Of a stretch of 64,000 bases of DNA, positions 21,087-31,277 are shown piece after piece. Both the position numbers and the translations under genes were made by a program. Under the pieces are notes generated by a model. The model was given only the letters and a program-made list of their open reading frames with translations, was not told the origin of the DNA and ran no database searches. Source of the DNA: Obrimoposthia wandeli (taxonomy: Eukaryota). The stretch spans positions 1 to 64,000 of the forward strand of contig CDROCS010000084.1 of assembly GCA_977020255.1 (NCBI GenBank). Direction: 5' to 3'. Position 1 is the first letter of the stretch. Each line of letters begins with the position of its first letter.

Positions 21087-21965
21087 TTAGTTATTCATTT
21101 CATGCCTTAATTCATGTGTGACCCAATCAACAAAATAGCGAATACGCGTTGACATCAGTTTCGTATGAGAATAAACGACATTCACCTCCAGAGGAGGTGG
21201 TTCAAACTCTGCTAATACAGTACGCAGTTCACCCTTTTCAAGTTCTTTTTCTACTTGATAAGAGAGAAACATGCCTAATCCAAGACTCTCTTTTACGACA
21301 CTAAGCGCTGAAGTGATATTGTTACAAATCAGTGGACCTTTAACCGGTATTGAATGGGTTTTTTCACCTTGATGCAAATGCCAATTACTGCCATGGCTTA
21401 AGCCTGTAAAAATAATACAAGGTACATTCGCAATATCTCTAGGCTGGATAATAGGGTCTATTTTATTCAAAAAAGCAGGTGTTGCACAAATAACTTTTCG
21501 TACGCTCCCCACTTTTTTTGCGATCATATTTGAATCACTTAAAGCACCAATTCGAATAGCAACATCTACTCCTTCTTCTATCAAATTGATGTTTTGATCA
21601 GATAATATCAGCTCTATCGTTACATGTTCATGTGCCTGTAAAAACTTGGTTATTAATGGCGCAATGTAAATTGAACCGAACATTACTGATGCTGTGACTT
21701 TAAGTTTTCCTCTGGGCGCCTGTTGATTTGCACTTATTTCTAGCTCTGATTGCTCTATTTCGTATTGTATTTTGCGACATCTTTGCAGGTAACGCTGACC
21801 TTCTTCTGTAATAGCTATCTTGCGTGTTGTTCTATTAATAAGTCTAATTTTTAGATGATCTTCCAATGCAGCCAATGTACGTACAACGGTGGGTAATGAA
21901 GTATTTAGTTCATTTGCCGCTTTGGTCAAGCTGCCACTTTCTATGATCTGCATGAATACTTGCAT
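21087..21965 (-). CDS. LysR family regulator
   Basis: GSLTKAANEL...RLINRTTRKI HTH; DVAIRIG. Confidence 0.95.
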   Translation of the reverse strand: MQVFMQIIESGSLTKAANELNTSLPTVVRTLAALEDHLKIRLINRTTRKIAITEEGQRYLQRCRKIQYEIEQSELEISANQQAPRGKLKVTASVMFGSIYIAPLITKFLQAHEHVTIELILSDQNINLIEEGVDVAIRIGALSDSNMIAKKVGSVRKVICATPAFLNKIDPIIQPRDIANVPCIIFTGLSHGSNWHLHQGEKTHSIPVKGPLICNNITSALSVVKESLGLGMFLSYQVEKELEKGELRTVLAEFEPPPLEVNVVYSHTKLMSTRIRYFVDWVTHELRHEMNN

Positions 21966-22111
21966 CGCAATAAGTTTATTAATAATGATTCCTTCATAAA
22001 GTGGAGTTATGTTATCAATATTAGTCTATTTATTGCGTGAGTTAAAGGGTTGATAATGGCTTCAGATTCAACAGAGCAAGAGCTCATAACCAGTTTCTTA
22101 GGAGATATACA

Positions 22112-22486
22112 ATGAAAGCAGCAATTTTAGTTTTATCGGATCCAAACCACGGTCAAGAAGAAGCATTAGGTCGCGTGTTTAACGCCTTAGCAACTGCTTA
22201 TGATTACCAGCAAAGCGGCGCAGATGTAAAAGTTATTTTCAATGGTACCGGCACGCGTTGGATTGCAGAATTAGCTAAGCCTGAAAATCCGGTTCACGCT
22301 TTATTCGAAGCAGTAAAAGATAACATTGCAGGTGTCTCTTGCGGTTGTGCAGATGTGTTTGGTTCAGCTGAAGACGTTGAAGCATCAGGTTTTGATTACT
22401 TGACTGAAAACGCAGTGCCCGGAACTCGTGGTTTACCAAGCGTGCACAAATTAGCGACACAAGGTTATTCCATTCTAACCTTCTAA
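22112..22486 (+). CDS. DsrE/DsrF-like protein
   Basis: VKVIFNGTGT, GVSCGCADVFG. Confidence 0.75.
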   Translation: MKAAILVLSDPNHGQEEALGRVFNALATAYDYQQSGADVKVIFNGTGTRWIAELAKPENPVHALFEAVKDNIAGVSCGCADVFGSAEDVEASGFDYLTENAVPGTRGLPSVHKLATQGYSILTF

Positions 22487-22541
22487 AGAGCATACATCAG
22501 GGTTCTTCATCCGATGAACCCTATTAACACAGATTAATAGG

Positions 22542-24443
22542 TTGGGCATTAGTATGAACGAGCAATCACTTTTTCATGAAGGCGAATTGACAGTACAAGA
22601 ACGCGCTAATGAAGCAGATATTGCTCAACGCAACGGTATTGTCGTTAGTAAGCATATTATTAAAGGCGCTCTCCCTTTCATTGCTCAGCAATATATGACA
22701 GTGATCACCAGTACAGATAAAAAAAACCAAATCTGGACGTCTGTATTATTTGGTAAGCCAGGTTTTATAAATGCCCCAGATGATCAACATATATTGATTA
22801 ATCCTCAACAAATTATTAATCAATCTGCCGATCCGTTATGGCTTAATATAACGCGAAATACACAAGTGGGCCTATTGATCATAGAACTGAGTACTCGTCG
22901 TCGTCTTCGAGTAAATGGTAATATTAGTTTGTTAAGTAATGGTCAATATGAAGTCGTTGTCGCTCAGGCATACCCTAATTGTCCTAAGTACATTCAACGA
23001 AGACAGCCAGAATTAACAGATAAAGCGCTGACTTATAAAACACCTAAGCCTCAGTTCGGTGATAGTTTAACGACAACGCAAGTTGAGTTAATTTCAAATT
23101 CAGACAGTTTTTTTGTCGGCTCTGGAGTGGATAATAACCACAGTGATGCTTCATATCGAGGCGGTGAAACTGGCTTCGTTAGCGTTATAAATAAGTATGA
23201 ATTGCAGATCCCTGATTATAAGGGCAATAGCATGTTTAATACCTTAGGAAATTTTCAATCAAACCCCAATGCAGGTTTGGTGTTTATCGATTTTGTGCAT
23301 AACAAACTATTACAACTTACCGGTACGGCAAAAATTTTATGGGATCAACCCGATGATATTAATAATACCGGTGGTACTAAACGTTACTGGCGTTTTAATA
23401 TTAAAGGTTGGCAAGAAACACAATTACCATCGGGCTTAAATTGGACGTTTTTTGACTATTCACCGCACAACCCTAAAATTGAGAGCTCAGCAGAGTTGAT
23501 TTTACAGATATCTGCTATTGAAAATATATCTGAAAAAATTAAATTATTGAGATTAACAGCAGGCAATGGAGGCATTTTACCTGCTTTTAAAGCGGGTTCA
23601 CATTTGCCTATTGAAGTTAAATTATCAGAAAAAACAACCGTACAACGCCATTATTCAATTACCTCATCTAACCATGATAATCGCTTTTATGAGATTGCTG
23701 TACAGCAAGAAAAGCAAGGGCGTGGTGGCTCAAACTATATTCATGAGCAATTGAAAACGGGTGATTTAATAACCGCTGTGCATCCTGTTAATAAATTTTC
23801 ACTGACTTCTTCTGGCAATCATCATATTTTAATTGCGGGTGGAATTGGCATAACCCCTATTATTTCTATGCTCAAAGAGTTGTCTCAAAGCAATCAATCA
23901 TTTGAATTACATTACAGTGTGAAGAAGGCAAGTGACTTGGCCTTCAAAGCGGAAATCATCAGGCTAGCGGGAGAACATGCACATTTTTATATTACGCAGG
24001 GGCTCGATGCAAACAGGCTGGACTTAAAGTCTCTTTTCATGGAGGGCAATAAATCTAGTCATATTTATATTTGTGGTCCACTAAGCATGATCGAAGCTGT
24101 TAAAGAGACAGCGAATATTCATAACTGGGACCCTAGCCACATTCATTTTGAAAGCTTTGGTCGTTCCCTACAGAAAACTGATAAAGCAGTTGAAGTAAGG
24201 CTGAAAAAGTCAGGAAAAATTATTGTTATAGACCCCAAAGAAACATTATTAGACGGGCTCTTAAAAGCAAACGTCAAAGTGCCATTTGAGTGTAAAAGGG
24301 GAGAATGTGGTATGTGCGCAACTGAATATGTTGAAGGAATACCTGAACATAGAGACGTATATTTAACTAAAGAAGAAAAAACGCATAGTTTGTGTGTGTG
24401 CGTTTCACGCACAAAAAGTCACTCAATTAGCTTAAATCTTTAA
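22542..24443 (+). CDS. Pyridoxamine-5'-phosphate oxidase-like FMN-binding domains fused to ferredoxin reductase (FAD/NAD) and 2Fe-2S ferredoxin
   Basis: FHEGELTVQ, DASYRGG, PDYKGNSMFNTLGN; RHYSIT, GRGGS, AGGIGITP, YICGP; CKRGECGMC...CVCVSR. Confidence 0.9.
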   Translation: MGISMNEQSLFHEGELTVQERANEADIAQRNGIVVSKHIIKGALPFIAQQYMTVITSTDKKNQIWTSVLFGKPGFINAPDDQHILINPQQIINQSADPLWLNITRNTQVGLLIIELSTRRRLRVNGNISLLSNGQYEVVVAQAYPNCPKYIQRRQPELTDKALTYKTPKPQFGDSLTTTQVELISNSDSFFVGSGVDNNHSDASYRGGETGFVSVINKYELQIPDYKGNSMFNTLGNFQSNPNAGLVFIDFVHNKLLQLTGTAKILWDQPDDINNTGGTKRYWRFNIKGWQETQLPSGLNWTFFDYSPHNPKIESSAELILQISAIENISEKIKLLRLTAGNGGILPAFKAGSHLPIEVKLSEKTTVQRHYSITSSNHDNRFYEIAVQQEKQGRGGSNYIHEQLKTGDLITAVHPVNKFSLTSSGNHHILIAGGIGITPIISMLKELSQSNQSFELHYSVKKASDLAFKAEIIRLAGEHAHFYITQGLDANRLDLKSLFMEGNKSSHIYICGPLSMIEAVKETANIHNWDPSHIHFESFGRSLQKTDKAVEVRLKKSGKIIVIDPKETLLDGLLKANVKVPFECKRGECGMCATEYVEGIPEHRDVYLTKEEKTHSLCVCVSRTKSHSISLNL

Positions 24444-24449
24444 TAATAT

Positions 24450-24746
24450 TCATTGCTGTACGGTTTAATTTTTGTTGCTCTATCACTCATTGATTTGACG
24501 CTAACGACAAGTATTGTTTTCTTGAAGAATGCCCCTTTAGCCATTAGAGGCTGTCGTAAAAGGTAGCGAGCGATAATAAGACAAGGCAAAAATCGGAGAA
24601 ATAGCGGAGTTTACTGGTGTAAATGAGCATATTGAGCCGGTTTTTAACGCCGTATTATTGAGCGCAGCCGTTTTACAACAGCCTCATTACGGGGAAGCAC
24701 AAATCAATGAGTAAGAGGGCTTACATTTTTAACTGGACAGCAATGA
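24450..24746 (-). repeat. MITE-like family A copy 2 (reverse), with nested family B element
   Basis: TCATTGCTGTACGGTTTAA...TTAACTGGACAGCAATGA ends; AAATCAATGAG inner motifs. Confidence 0.85.
24547..24685. mobile_element. MITE family B nested in family A copy 2
   Basis: TIR GAGGCTGTCGTAAAA/TTTTACAACAGCCTC flanked by ATTA direct repeat (24543-24546, 24686-24689). Confidence 0.8.
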
Positions 24747-24762
24747 ATGATAGTTTAAAAAA

Positions 24763-25401
24763 ATGGGTATGAATCGTATGAAAAAAATTCTTATGCTAGT
24801 TGCCAATGGTGTTGAACCATTAGAAATGTCTGCTTTTACCGATGTTATGGGTTGGGCTACTTTACTTGGAGATGTAGCCATTGAACTCACTGATGCGGCG
24901 TTGCATAGCGAAATTAAAACAACGTTTGGGTTAACTTTTAAACCGTCTAAATTACTGAAAGAAGTTAATTTAAATGATTACGATGCGCTTGCTGTGCCAG
25001 GTGGTTTTGAACCATCTGGGTTTTATGATGACGCATTAAGCGCTCCATTTTTAAATGTAATAAAACATTTTCATCAGCTTAAAAAACCCATTGCTAGCGT
25101 CTGCGTTTCATCTATTGCCTTAGGCCATGCGCAAATACTGGTAAATAAAAAAGCGACGACTTATCATCAAGTTGGTGGTCAGCGAAAGCAACAATTAGAA
25201 AAAACCGGTGCGATTTTTGTCGATAAGCCAATAGTTCAAGATCAGCATATTATTACTTCAACAGGCCCGGGGACTGCACTTGAAGTGGCTTTCTTATTAT
25301 TAAAAGAAATCACATCAGCAGAAAATGTTGCCACATTGCGCGAAAAAATGCGTGTGCCGACACCGACCAGAGATTGGTACGCAAGTCCGCAAGTAACATA
25401 A
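24763..25401 (+). CDS. DJ-1/PfpI (YajL-like) family protein
   Basis: GVEPLE, AVPGGF, ASVCVSS, ITSTGPGT. Confidence 0.9.
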   Translation: MGMNRMKKILMLVANGVEPLEMSAFTDVMGWATLLGDVAIELTDAALHSEIKTTFGLTFKPSKLLKEVNLNDYDALAVPGGFEPSGFYDDALSAPFLNVIKHFHQLKKPIASVCVSSIALGHAQILVNKKATTYHQVGGQRKQQLEKTGAIFVDKPIVQDQHIITSTGPGTALEVAFLLLKEITSAENVATLREKMRVPTPTRDWYASPQVT

Positions 25402-25409
25402 CTACTATA

Positions 25410-25615
25410 GAGGGCGTCGTAAAACTTACCAAGACGGTCTGATAACTACGCTCAACAATACGGCGTTAAAAAAGGCTCAACAGGCTAGTTTATAACTATA
25501 ATACCCATAAACAGGGGCACACTGATTCTACTATATAGTCGACTTTTTCCCATATTTACTGGCCCAGCTATATTAGCAGCCTGTCGTAATGATTAAGGAT
25601 ATTTTTACGTCACCT
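25410..25615. repeat. Degenerate family B-related element
   Basis: GAGGGCGTCGTAAAA...TTTTTACGTCACCT ends; internal GCTCAACAATACGGCGTTAAAAA matches reverse complement within 24547-24685. Confidence 0.55.
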
Positions 25616-25636
25616 AATAAATCTATAGTTACTAAT

Positions 25637-25758
25637 CATTGCTGTCCGGTTAAAAAGTGTAAGCTCTTGACCCATTGTTTTGTGGTTTACTAGCCAAATA
25701 ACACTTGTGGTTAACGTAAAATCAATGAGTTAAAGAGCAACAAAAATTAAACCGGACA
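25637..25758 (+). repeat. MITE-like family A copy 3 (internal deletion), followed by TATATG
   Basis: CATTGCTGTCCGGTTAAAAAG...AATTAAACCGGACA. Confidence 0.88.
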
Positions 25759-25818
25759 TATATGATTATTAATAAAACAGCGGGCGCTATTTTGGTTTTA
25801 AAGGGGGTTGATAGTGGC

Positions 25819-26766
25819 TTAGTAATATTTCGACTCTAAACCTTCAATTAACCCTCTTTGTTGCTGGATAATATTAATCAAAAATTCTCGACAAACACGC
25901 ACTCTTGCTGTGGAACGTAGGTCAACATGACTCAATACCCATATTCCCCAAGTTGAAGGTGTGAGGTTAAGATCAAGACGAAGTAGTGTTGGCTCGCTAT
26001 CGCCGACGTAACAGGGGAGTCTGCCAACTCCTAAATGATTTTTTATAGATTCCATCATACTCAATACTTCATTTGCTCTAATGGCAACCCGTGCTTTTGG
26101 AAAATGGTCTGTCACCCACTGAGGTGTTTTGTGCTCATGCTCCCACAAGACTAGAGTATCAGTGTTGCGATTTTTATTGAGGTACTTGGCAGTGGCATAA
26201 ACTCCATGAGCGAGTGGTAATACTTTGCGGCCAATTAAATATTCTGGCGGACTAGGGGTCAGCCGCACGGCAATGTCCGCTTGACGACCTGATAGATTAG
26301 CTAGGCCTGTTGAACTAAGAAGCTCTAATACAATGTTGGGGTATTTATGGGTGAATTTGCTGAGTTCAGGTGTTACTAAACGGCTAAAAACGTCGTAGGC
26401 AGCCGTTAGCTTCAAACTTCCGCTTAACTGTGCATCCATGCCGAACACTTCTCTATCGGCCACCTGAATTAACTCTTCCATTGATACCGCGTGTGGATAA
26501 AGCTTTTCTGCCACCTGAGTCATAACATAACCATTGGGCAATCGATCGAATAGTCGGCTGCCCAGTTGTTTTTCTAATGCATTAATACGTCTAGCCACTG
26601 TTGTATGCTCTACCGATAAAGCACGTCCAGCGCCGCTCATCGAGCCTTCCTGAGCCAACGCCAATACATAACGCAGGTCATTCCAATTTATACTATCTTG
26701 CAGTGTTTGTTTTAGTGGCTTCTGTTTCATGGGTAAATTCATTTGTCTCACTGTGCATTTATGCAC
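25819..26766 (-). CDS. LysR family regulator
   Basis: WNDLRYVLALAQEGSMSGAGRAL HTH. Confidence 0.95.
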   Translation of the reverse strand: MHKCTVRQMNLPMKQKPLKQTLQDSINWNDLRYVLALAQEGSMSGAGRALSVEHTTVARRINALEKQLGSRLFDRLPNGYVMTQVAEKLYPHAVSMEELIQVADREVFGMDAQLSGSLKLTAAYDVFSRLVTPELSKFTHKYPNIVLELLSSTGLANLSGRQADIAVRLTPSPPEYLIGRKVLPLAHGVYATAKYLNKNRNTDTLVLWEHEHKTPQWVTDHFPKARVAIRANEVLSMMESIKNHLGVGRLPCYVGDSEPTLLRLDLNLTPSTWGIWVLSHVDLRSTARVRVCREFLINIIQQQRGLIEGLESKYY

Positions 26767-26897
26767 ATTCTAAGTGCTTTTAGTTGTATTTACTAGTGAT
26801 ATAAGCACCGGTAGTATGCATCTTATTCCTGGCAGGCAAAACAAATGCTATGCCAAGAAGCAACTCATTAACTTGAATAAACATTCGGGGATAAACC

Positions 26898-27527
26898 ATG
26901 AAAGCATTTGTATATACAGAAATTCAAGCATCAGTTCCTTTTGCACAAGCACCTTGGAAAGAAATCAATAAAGCATTGAAAGAGCAGCCAGGAATCATAA
27001 ATAAAACATGGTTATCGGGTGTTGGCGATTTGTCGGTAGGCGGCTTTTATACGTTCGATTCAGTGGAAAATGCACAAAAATTTGTCACTGAGTATTTTCC
27101 GAGTGAAGCGCGTAGCCTTGGAGTGCCCCAGCGTACTCTTATTTTTGATGCCGTTGCCGTTGAAGAGGCAAGTAAGGAGATGGATTCGGTTCATTTTGGA
27201 GCAAAAAACAAACAACAACCTGGTGCCTATGTTTATACCGAAGTTCAGCTAAGTGTATTACCTTTTGATAGCGCACCTTGGCGTGAACTTAACCCAGTTT
27301 TAAAGCAACAGGAAGGTATCTTAGCTAAAACGTGGTTAAGTGGTTTACATACCGGTACACCTGGTGGCTTGTATGCTTTTGATACGATTGAAAATGCGAT
27401 GAAATTTGCAATCGACTACTTCCCCAAAGAAGCCAAGCAATTGAATAGCGCCTTTACTACGCGTGTTTTTGACGCTAGCGTTGTAGAGGAAGCAAGTAGA
27501 GAAATGAATTCTCCATTTTATGATTAA
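26898..27527 (+). CDS. Tandem YdhR-like (dimeric alpha-beta barrel) putative monooxygenase
   Basis: Two internal repeats YTEIQ...PGI..KTW...GG.Y.FD..ENA..F..EYFP.EA. Confidence 0.8.
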   Translation: MKAFVYTEIQASVPFAQAPWKEINKALKEQPGIINKTWLSGVGDLSVGGFYTFDSVENAQKFVTEYFPSEARSLGVPQRTLIFDAVAVEEASKEMDSVHFGAKNKQQPGAYVYTEVQLSVLPFDSAPWRELNPVLKQQEGILAKTWLSGLHTGTPGGLYAFDTIENAMKFAIDYFPKEAKQLNSAFTTRVFDASVVEEASREMNSPFYD

Positions 27528-27547
27528 TCATAATTTATAAACTTAAG

Positions 27548-27570
27548 TAAGAGAGGCTGTCCCTCTCTTA
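27548..27570 (+). terminator. Stem-loop between YdhR-like gene and gloA
   Basis: TAAGAGAGG-CTGTC-CCTCTCTTA perfect 9-bp stem. Confidence 0.5.
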
Positions 27571-27597
27571 CTAGATTACTAATATTGGCTATATTCG

Positions 27598-28023
27598 ATG
27601 ATAAAAGTAGCACACAATGAGGTCAAAATGGTCACTCCCCGTATTCTGCATACTATGTTAAGAGTATCTGACATTAAAGCATCAATTACATTTTATACCC
27701 GAATGATGGGAATGGATGTGCTTCGCACGTTTGATCGCCCTGAACAGGGATTCTCATTGACTTTTTTAGGGTATGCAAAGGAGTCACAAAGCTGTGTCTT
27801 AGAGTTGACCTTTAACTACGGTGTAAATCAATATGCATTAGGTAACGGGTTCGGCCATATTGCGATAGGGGTTAATGATTGTTATAAGACCTGTGAACAG
27901 ATCAAAAAAGCAGGGGGAAGTATTGTGCGTGAAGCGGGACCATTAGCAGGTAGTGAGGAAATTATCGCGTTTGTAGAAGATCCCGATGGCTACAAAATAG
28001 AATTAATTCAGAAAGAATTTTAG
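27598..28023 (+). CDS. gloA: Lactoylglutathione lyase (glyoxalase I)
   Basis: RILHTMLRV, LELTFNYG, GFGHIAIGV, AFVEDPDGYKIELI. Confidence 0.93.
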   Translation: MIKVAHNEVKMVTPRILHTMLRVSDIKASITFYTRMMGMDVLRTFDRPEQGFSLTFLGYAKESQSCVLELTFNYGVNQYALGNGFGHIAIGVNDCYKTCEQIKKAGGSIVREAGPLAGSEEIIAFVEDPDGYKIELIQKEF

Positions 28024-28400
28024 GCTCCGTTACCAATATCCAATATGAGCCGAATTCATTAAGAGAAGCCTTTTTATAATAAAAGCACTAACTAGAAAAG
28101 CTTCTGCGCATAAAGGTTATCGTTAGTTGCTTTGGTCGGTTACGCGAGGTTATAAAGCCAAAATTGTACATAAATCTCGTCAAAGAAAGTGACTTCATAC
28201 AGTTTAAATTTAAACAATAGTTATTTTTCAGTAGTTTATGTTCTTACCTTCCAGTAGGTTGACATTGTAGTTGAACTGCATAAAAAGGTGCAGCCTTATC
28301 GGGTTGCCACTGCCATTTGTTCTATGCCAATCCGGTTCGCATGCAATTTCAAGCTACCTCATTGCAAATTCAAGCCAAAGCATAGCAACATTAATACCGT

Positions 28401-29285
28401 TCAAGGCTTATTTTTATCGGCAAACCATTGCTCCAAATATTCAATGCATTGTACTAATTTAGTCGGGACCAGATATCGTACCGGGTATAAAGCATATAGA
28501 GTTAACATTGGTTTTTGGGAGTCTGCTAGAACTTCTACCACCTGGCCATTATCTATTGCCTGCTGACAAACAAAATCAGGGATAAAACCTAGCCCCAACC
28601 CTTGTTTAATCGACTCCATCATAAACATTGTATTATTCACACGTAAGTTGCCAGTCACCGTGACACCATCTTCGATTGGCCACACATTTTTTCCTTGAAA
28701 GTAGCTATAAACGAAACAATTGTGATCTTTAAGATCTCTGGGCAATGTTATTGGTCGGTGTTGCTCAAGGTAGCTTGGTGATGCGCAAACTTTATAGGTA
28801 AAACGGGTCAACGGCCTACCCACATAATTTGAATCGATCGGTTTACTTGACGCTCTAAAACCTAAATCAAAACCTTGCTCTACCAAGTCGACACTTTCAT
28901 CGCCCAAATGGATATCGAGCTCAATTTCAGGATTATCGCGCATAAAGTCAGCAAATAAATGTGATAGGTCGGTAATACCCAGTGCCATCGGCGCATTTAT
29001 TTTAAGTTTGCCACGCAGGTTCTGTTGCAAATCTTGTACAAAACTATCGGCATCATCTAGTTTGGATATTATTTCTCGTGCTCGTTGCAGGTAACCTTCA
29101 CCTGCATGGGTAAGTTGTACATTGCGGGTAGAGCGGTGCAATAAACGTGCTCCCAAATCAGCTTCAAGGCGGCTGATTTCTTTACTGACCATTGATTTAG
29201 AAGAATTCACCTGTTCAGCTACACGAGTGAAGCTGCCCAAGTCTGCCAGGCGCACAAACAACTGAATTGCCCGCAATTTATCCAT
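28401..29285 (-). CDS. LysR family regulator
   Basis: MDKLRAIQLF...GSFTRVA...RLLHRSTR. Confidence 0.95.
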   Translation of the reverse strand: MDKLRAIQLFVRLADLGSFTRVAEQVNSSKSMVSKEISRLEADLGARLLHRSTRNVQLTHAGEGYLQRAREIISKLDDADSFVQDLQQNLRGKLKINAPMALGITDLSHLFADFMRDNPEIELDIHLGDESVDLVEQGFDLGFRASSKPIDSNYVGRPLTRFTYKVCASPSYLEQHRPITLPRDLKDHNCFVYSYFQGKNVWPIEDGVTVTGNLRVNNTMFMMESIKQGLGLGFIPDFVCQQAIDNGQVVEVLADSQKPMLTLYALYPVRYLVPTKLVQCIEYLEQWFADKNKP

Positions 29286-29505
29286 TCTCTCGCCCTGTTA
29301 ATCTCAATACCACCGTCATATATCGTAGCTCCATTTATTAATTTACTTACAAAATTTGTTCTCATTTTGAAAACAGTATATGCACATTATAGGTATATAT
29401 GAAAACAAATTATAAGATTAATATCCATACATCGCATTCAGGAAGGCATCTGCCACTGAGCCGCGAGATTACAAATTTAAGCTATTTAATTTTTAGGGGA
29501 ACACC

Positions 29506-30126
29506 ATGTACACACTTTATTATGCTCAAGGCGCTTGTTCTGTCGCTACCCAAGTTGTGCTAAACGAGTTGCAGCAAGAAGTTAAAATTATTGATGTAAA
29601 ACAGTTAGATAACTTTAAAGCAATCAACCCGGTCGGTACTGTGCCGACCTTGATTGATGGTGAGAAAATGTTAACAGAAGGTGCTGCAATTATGCTTCAT
29701 ATTCTTACTAAACATGAAAACTCACTTTTTCCAGTACTAGCAGATGCGCGTCAAAAGGCTATTCAAGACATTATGTTTGCTAACGCCACTATGCATCCGG
29801 CCTATGGCAGATTATTTTTTTTGAGCCAAAACATCAGTGATGAAAAAATAAAGCAAGATACTTTAGATAGCGCCGCCAAAAGTATCAACCAGTTATGGCA
29901 AGTTGTTGAAAAGCAGCTAGCAGACAAAAGCTTTCTAGGCGGTGATAGTCCTTCAGCGGCCGATATTATGCTGACTGTTTACTCTCGTTGGGGTGCATAT
30001 TTTCCAGTCGATATAATCTTTGGTGAAAAAACCGCACAAATGTTAGATGCCGTGCAAGCTATGGCGAGTTTCAAAAAGACAGATGAAGCAGAGCAGGCGC
30101 AGTATCTTAAAAATACCACCAAATAA
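29506..30126 (+). CDS. Glutathione S-transferase
   Basis: LYYAQGACS, INPVGTVPTL, TEGAAI. Confidence 0.93.
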   Translation: MYTLYYAQGACSVATQVVLNELQQEVKIIDVKQLDNFKAINPVGTVPTLIDGEKMLTEGAAIMLHILTKHENSLFPVLADARQKAIQDIMFANATMHPAYGRLFFLSQNISDEKIKQDTLDSAAKSINQLWQVVEKQLADKSFLGGDSPSAADIMLTVYSRWGAYFPVDIIFGEKTAQMLDAVQAMASFKKTDEAEQAQYLKNTTK

Positions 30127-30173
30127 TCGATTGTCAGTAAGGTATAGGCATTATTGTTTATGCTTTCTCAGCT

Positions 30174-30575
30174 ATGCATCACTCATTGGGAGCAAGCATG
30201 AAAAAAATTCTAAAAGATACAAGTGACTTCGCCAGTATCACTGGCATTTTGCAACGCTATTTCGATGGTCTGCATCACGGGGATGTCGATAAGTTAGCAG
30301 CACAATTTCACGATGATGCATGGTTAAAAGCCCCCGGTGCTCGACGCTCTTTAAACCAATGGTTAACAGACGTTGCTAGTCGACCGGTACCTGCAGTACT
30401 AAATAAGCCCTTTGCATTTCAAATACTGTCCATCGATATAGTACAAGACCAAGCCATGGCAAAAATTCAATGTCCATTGTTTGATTTCAATTATGTCGAT
30501 TTTCTCGGGCTGCTTAAAGAAGAGGGTCAGTGGCGAATCGTAACCAAAATGTATACTGACGTAGGGGCTAAATGA
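30174..30575 (+). CDS. NTF2/SnoaL-like (lumazine-binding-type) protein
   Basis: YFDGLHHGD, AMAKI, YVDFLGLLKEEGQWRIVTK. Confidence 0.85.
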   Translation: MHHSLGASMKKILKDTSDFASITGILQRYFDGLHHGDVDKLAAQFHDDAWLKAPGARRSLNQWLTDVASRPVPAVLNKPFAFQILSIDIVQDQAMAKIQCPLFDFNYVDFLGLLKEEGQWRIVTKMYTDVGAK

Positions 30576-31255
30576 TTATGAATGCACTACCTACACAAAC
30601 ATTAAAGATTGAAATGGTGCACGATATTGTTTGTTCATGGTGTCCAGTAAGTTACAACAACATTAGAACTGCTATCGATAACTTAGGCATTGAGGTTGAA
30701 TTTCGTTTCCTTCCTTTTGAGCTAAATAGAGAGATGGGTGAAAGTGGCGAATCGATAGCCAGTTACTTTAATCGTCACTTTGACTGGGATGAGCGCAAAT
30801 TACTTGATTATCAAAAATCGTTGGTAACAACCGCAGCCCAATCAGGCGTAATTATTGATTTCTCGAAACGCAAGTACTACTACAACACCCGCAATGCACA
30901 TCTATTGATGCATTGGGCAGAACGCTTCAATAAACAAACTATTTTGAACGAACAGTTAATCGTCGCCTATTTTAAGGATGGACGGGATATTAGTGACTTA
31001 ACAGTCTTATTGAATATTGCTGAAGAAATAGGATTAGATAGGCAAGAAACGAATGCGGCACTAACTTCAACGCAGGTAAACCAGCAATTTGATAAAAAAG
31101 TAGCACGTCATAAAGTGTTTAATCTGCGCAGTATTCCCGCTTTCATCATCAATGAAACCGAGCTGATTAGCGGTTCTAGCTCAATAGAATTTTTTGAAAA
31201 GACCTTATCGCAGTTTATTGATAAGCGTGCGCTTAAACACAAGTTAGCCATCTAA
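30572..31255 (+). CDS. DsbA family FrnE-like oxidoreductase
   Basis: DIVCSWCP, PFELN, NTRNAH, SIPAFIIN. Confidence 0.9.
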   Translation: MIMNALPTQTLKIEMVHDIVCSWCPVSYNNIRTAIDNLGIEVEFRFLPFELNREMGESGESIASYFNRHFDWDERKLLDYQKSLVTTAAQSGVIIDFSKRKYYYNTRNAHLLMHWAERFNKQTILNEQLIVAYFKDGRDISDLTVLLNIAEEIGLDRQETNAALTSTQVNQQFDKKVARHKVFNLRSIPAFIINETELISGSSSIEFFEKTLSQFIDKRALKHKLAI

Positions 31256-31277
31256 CATTTAACCTAAAGGACAAATC

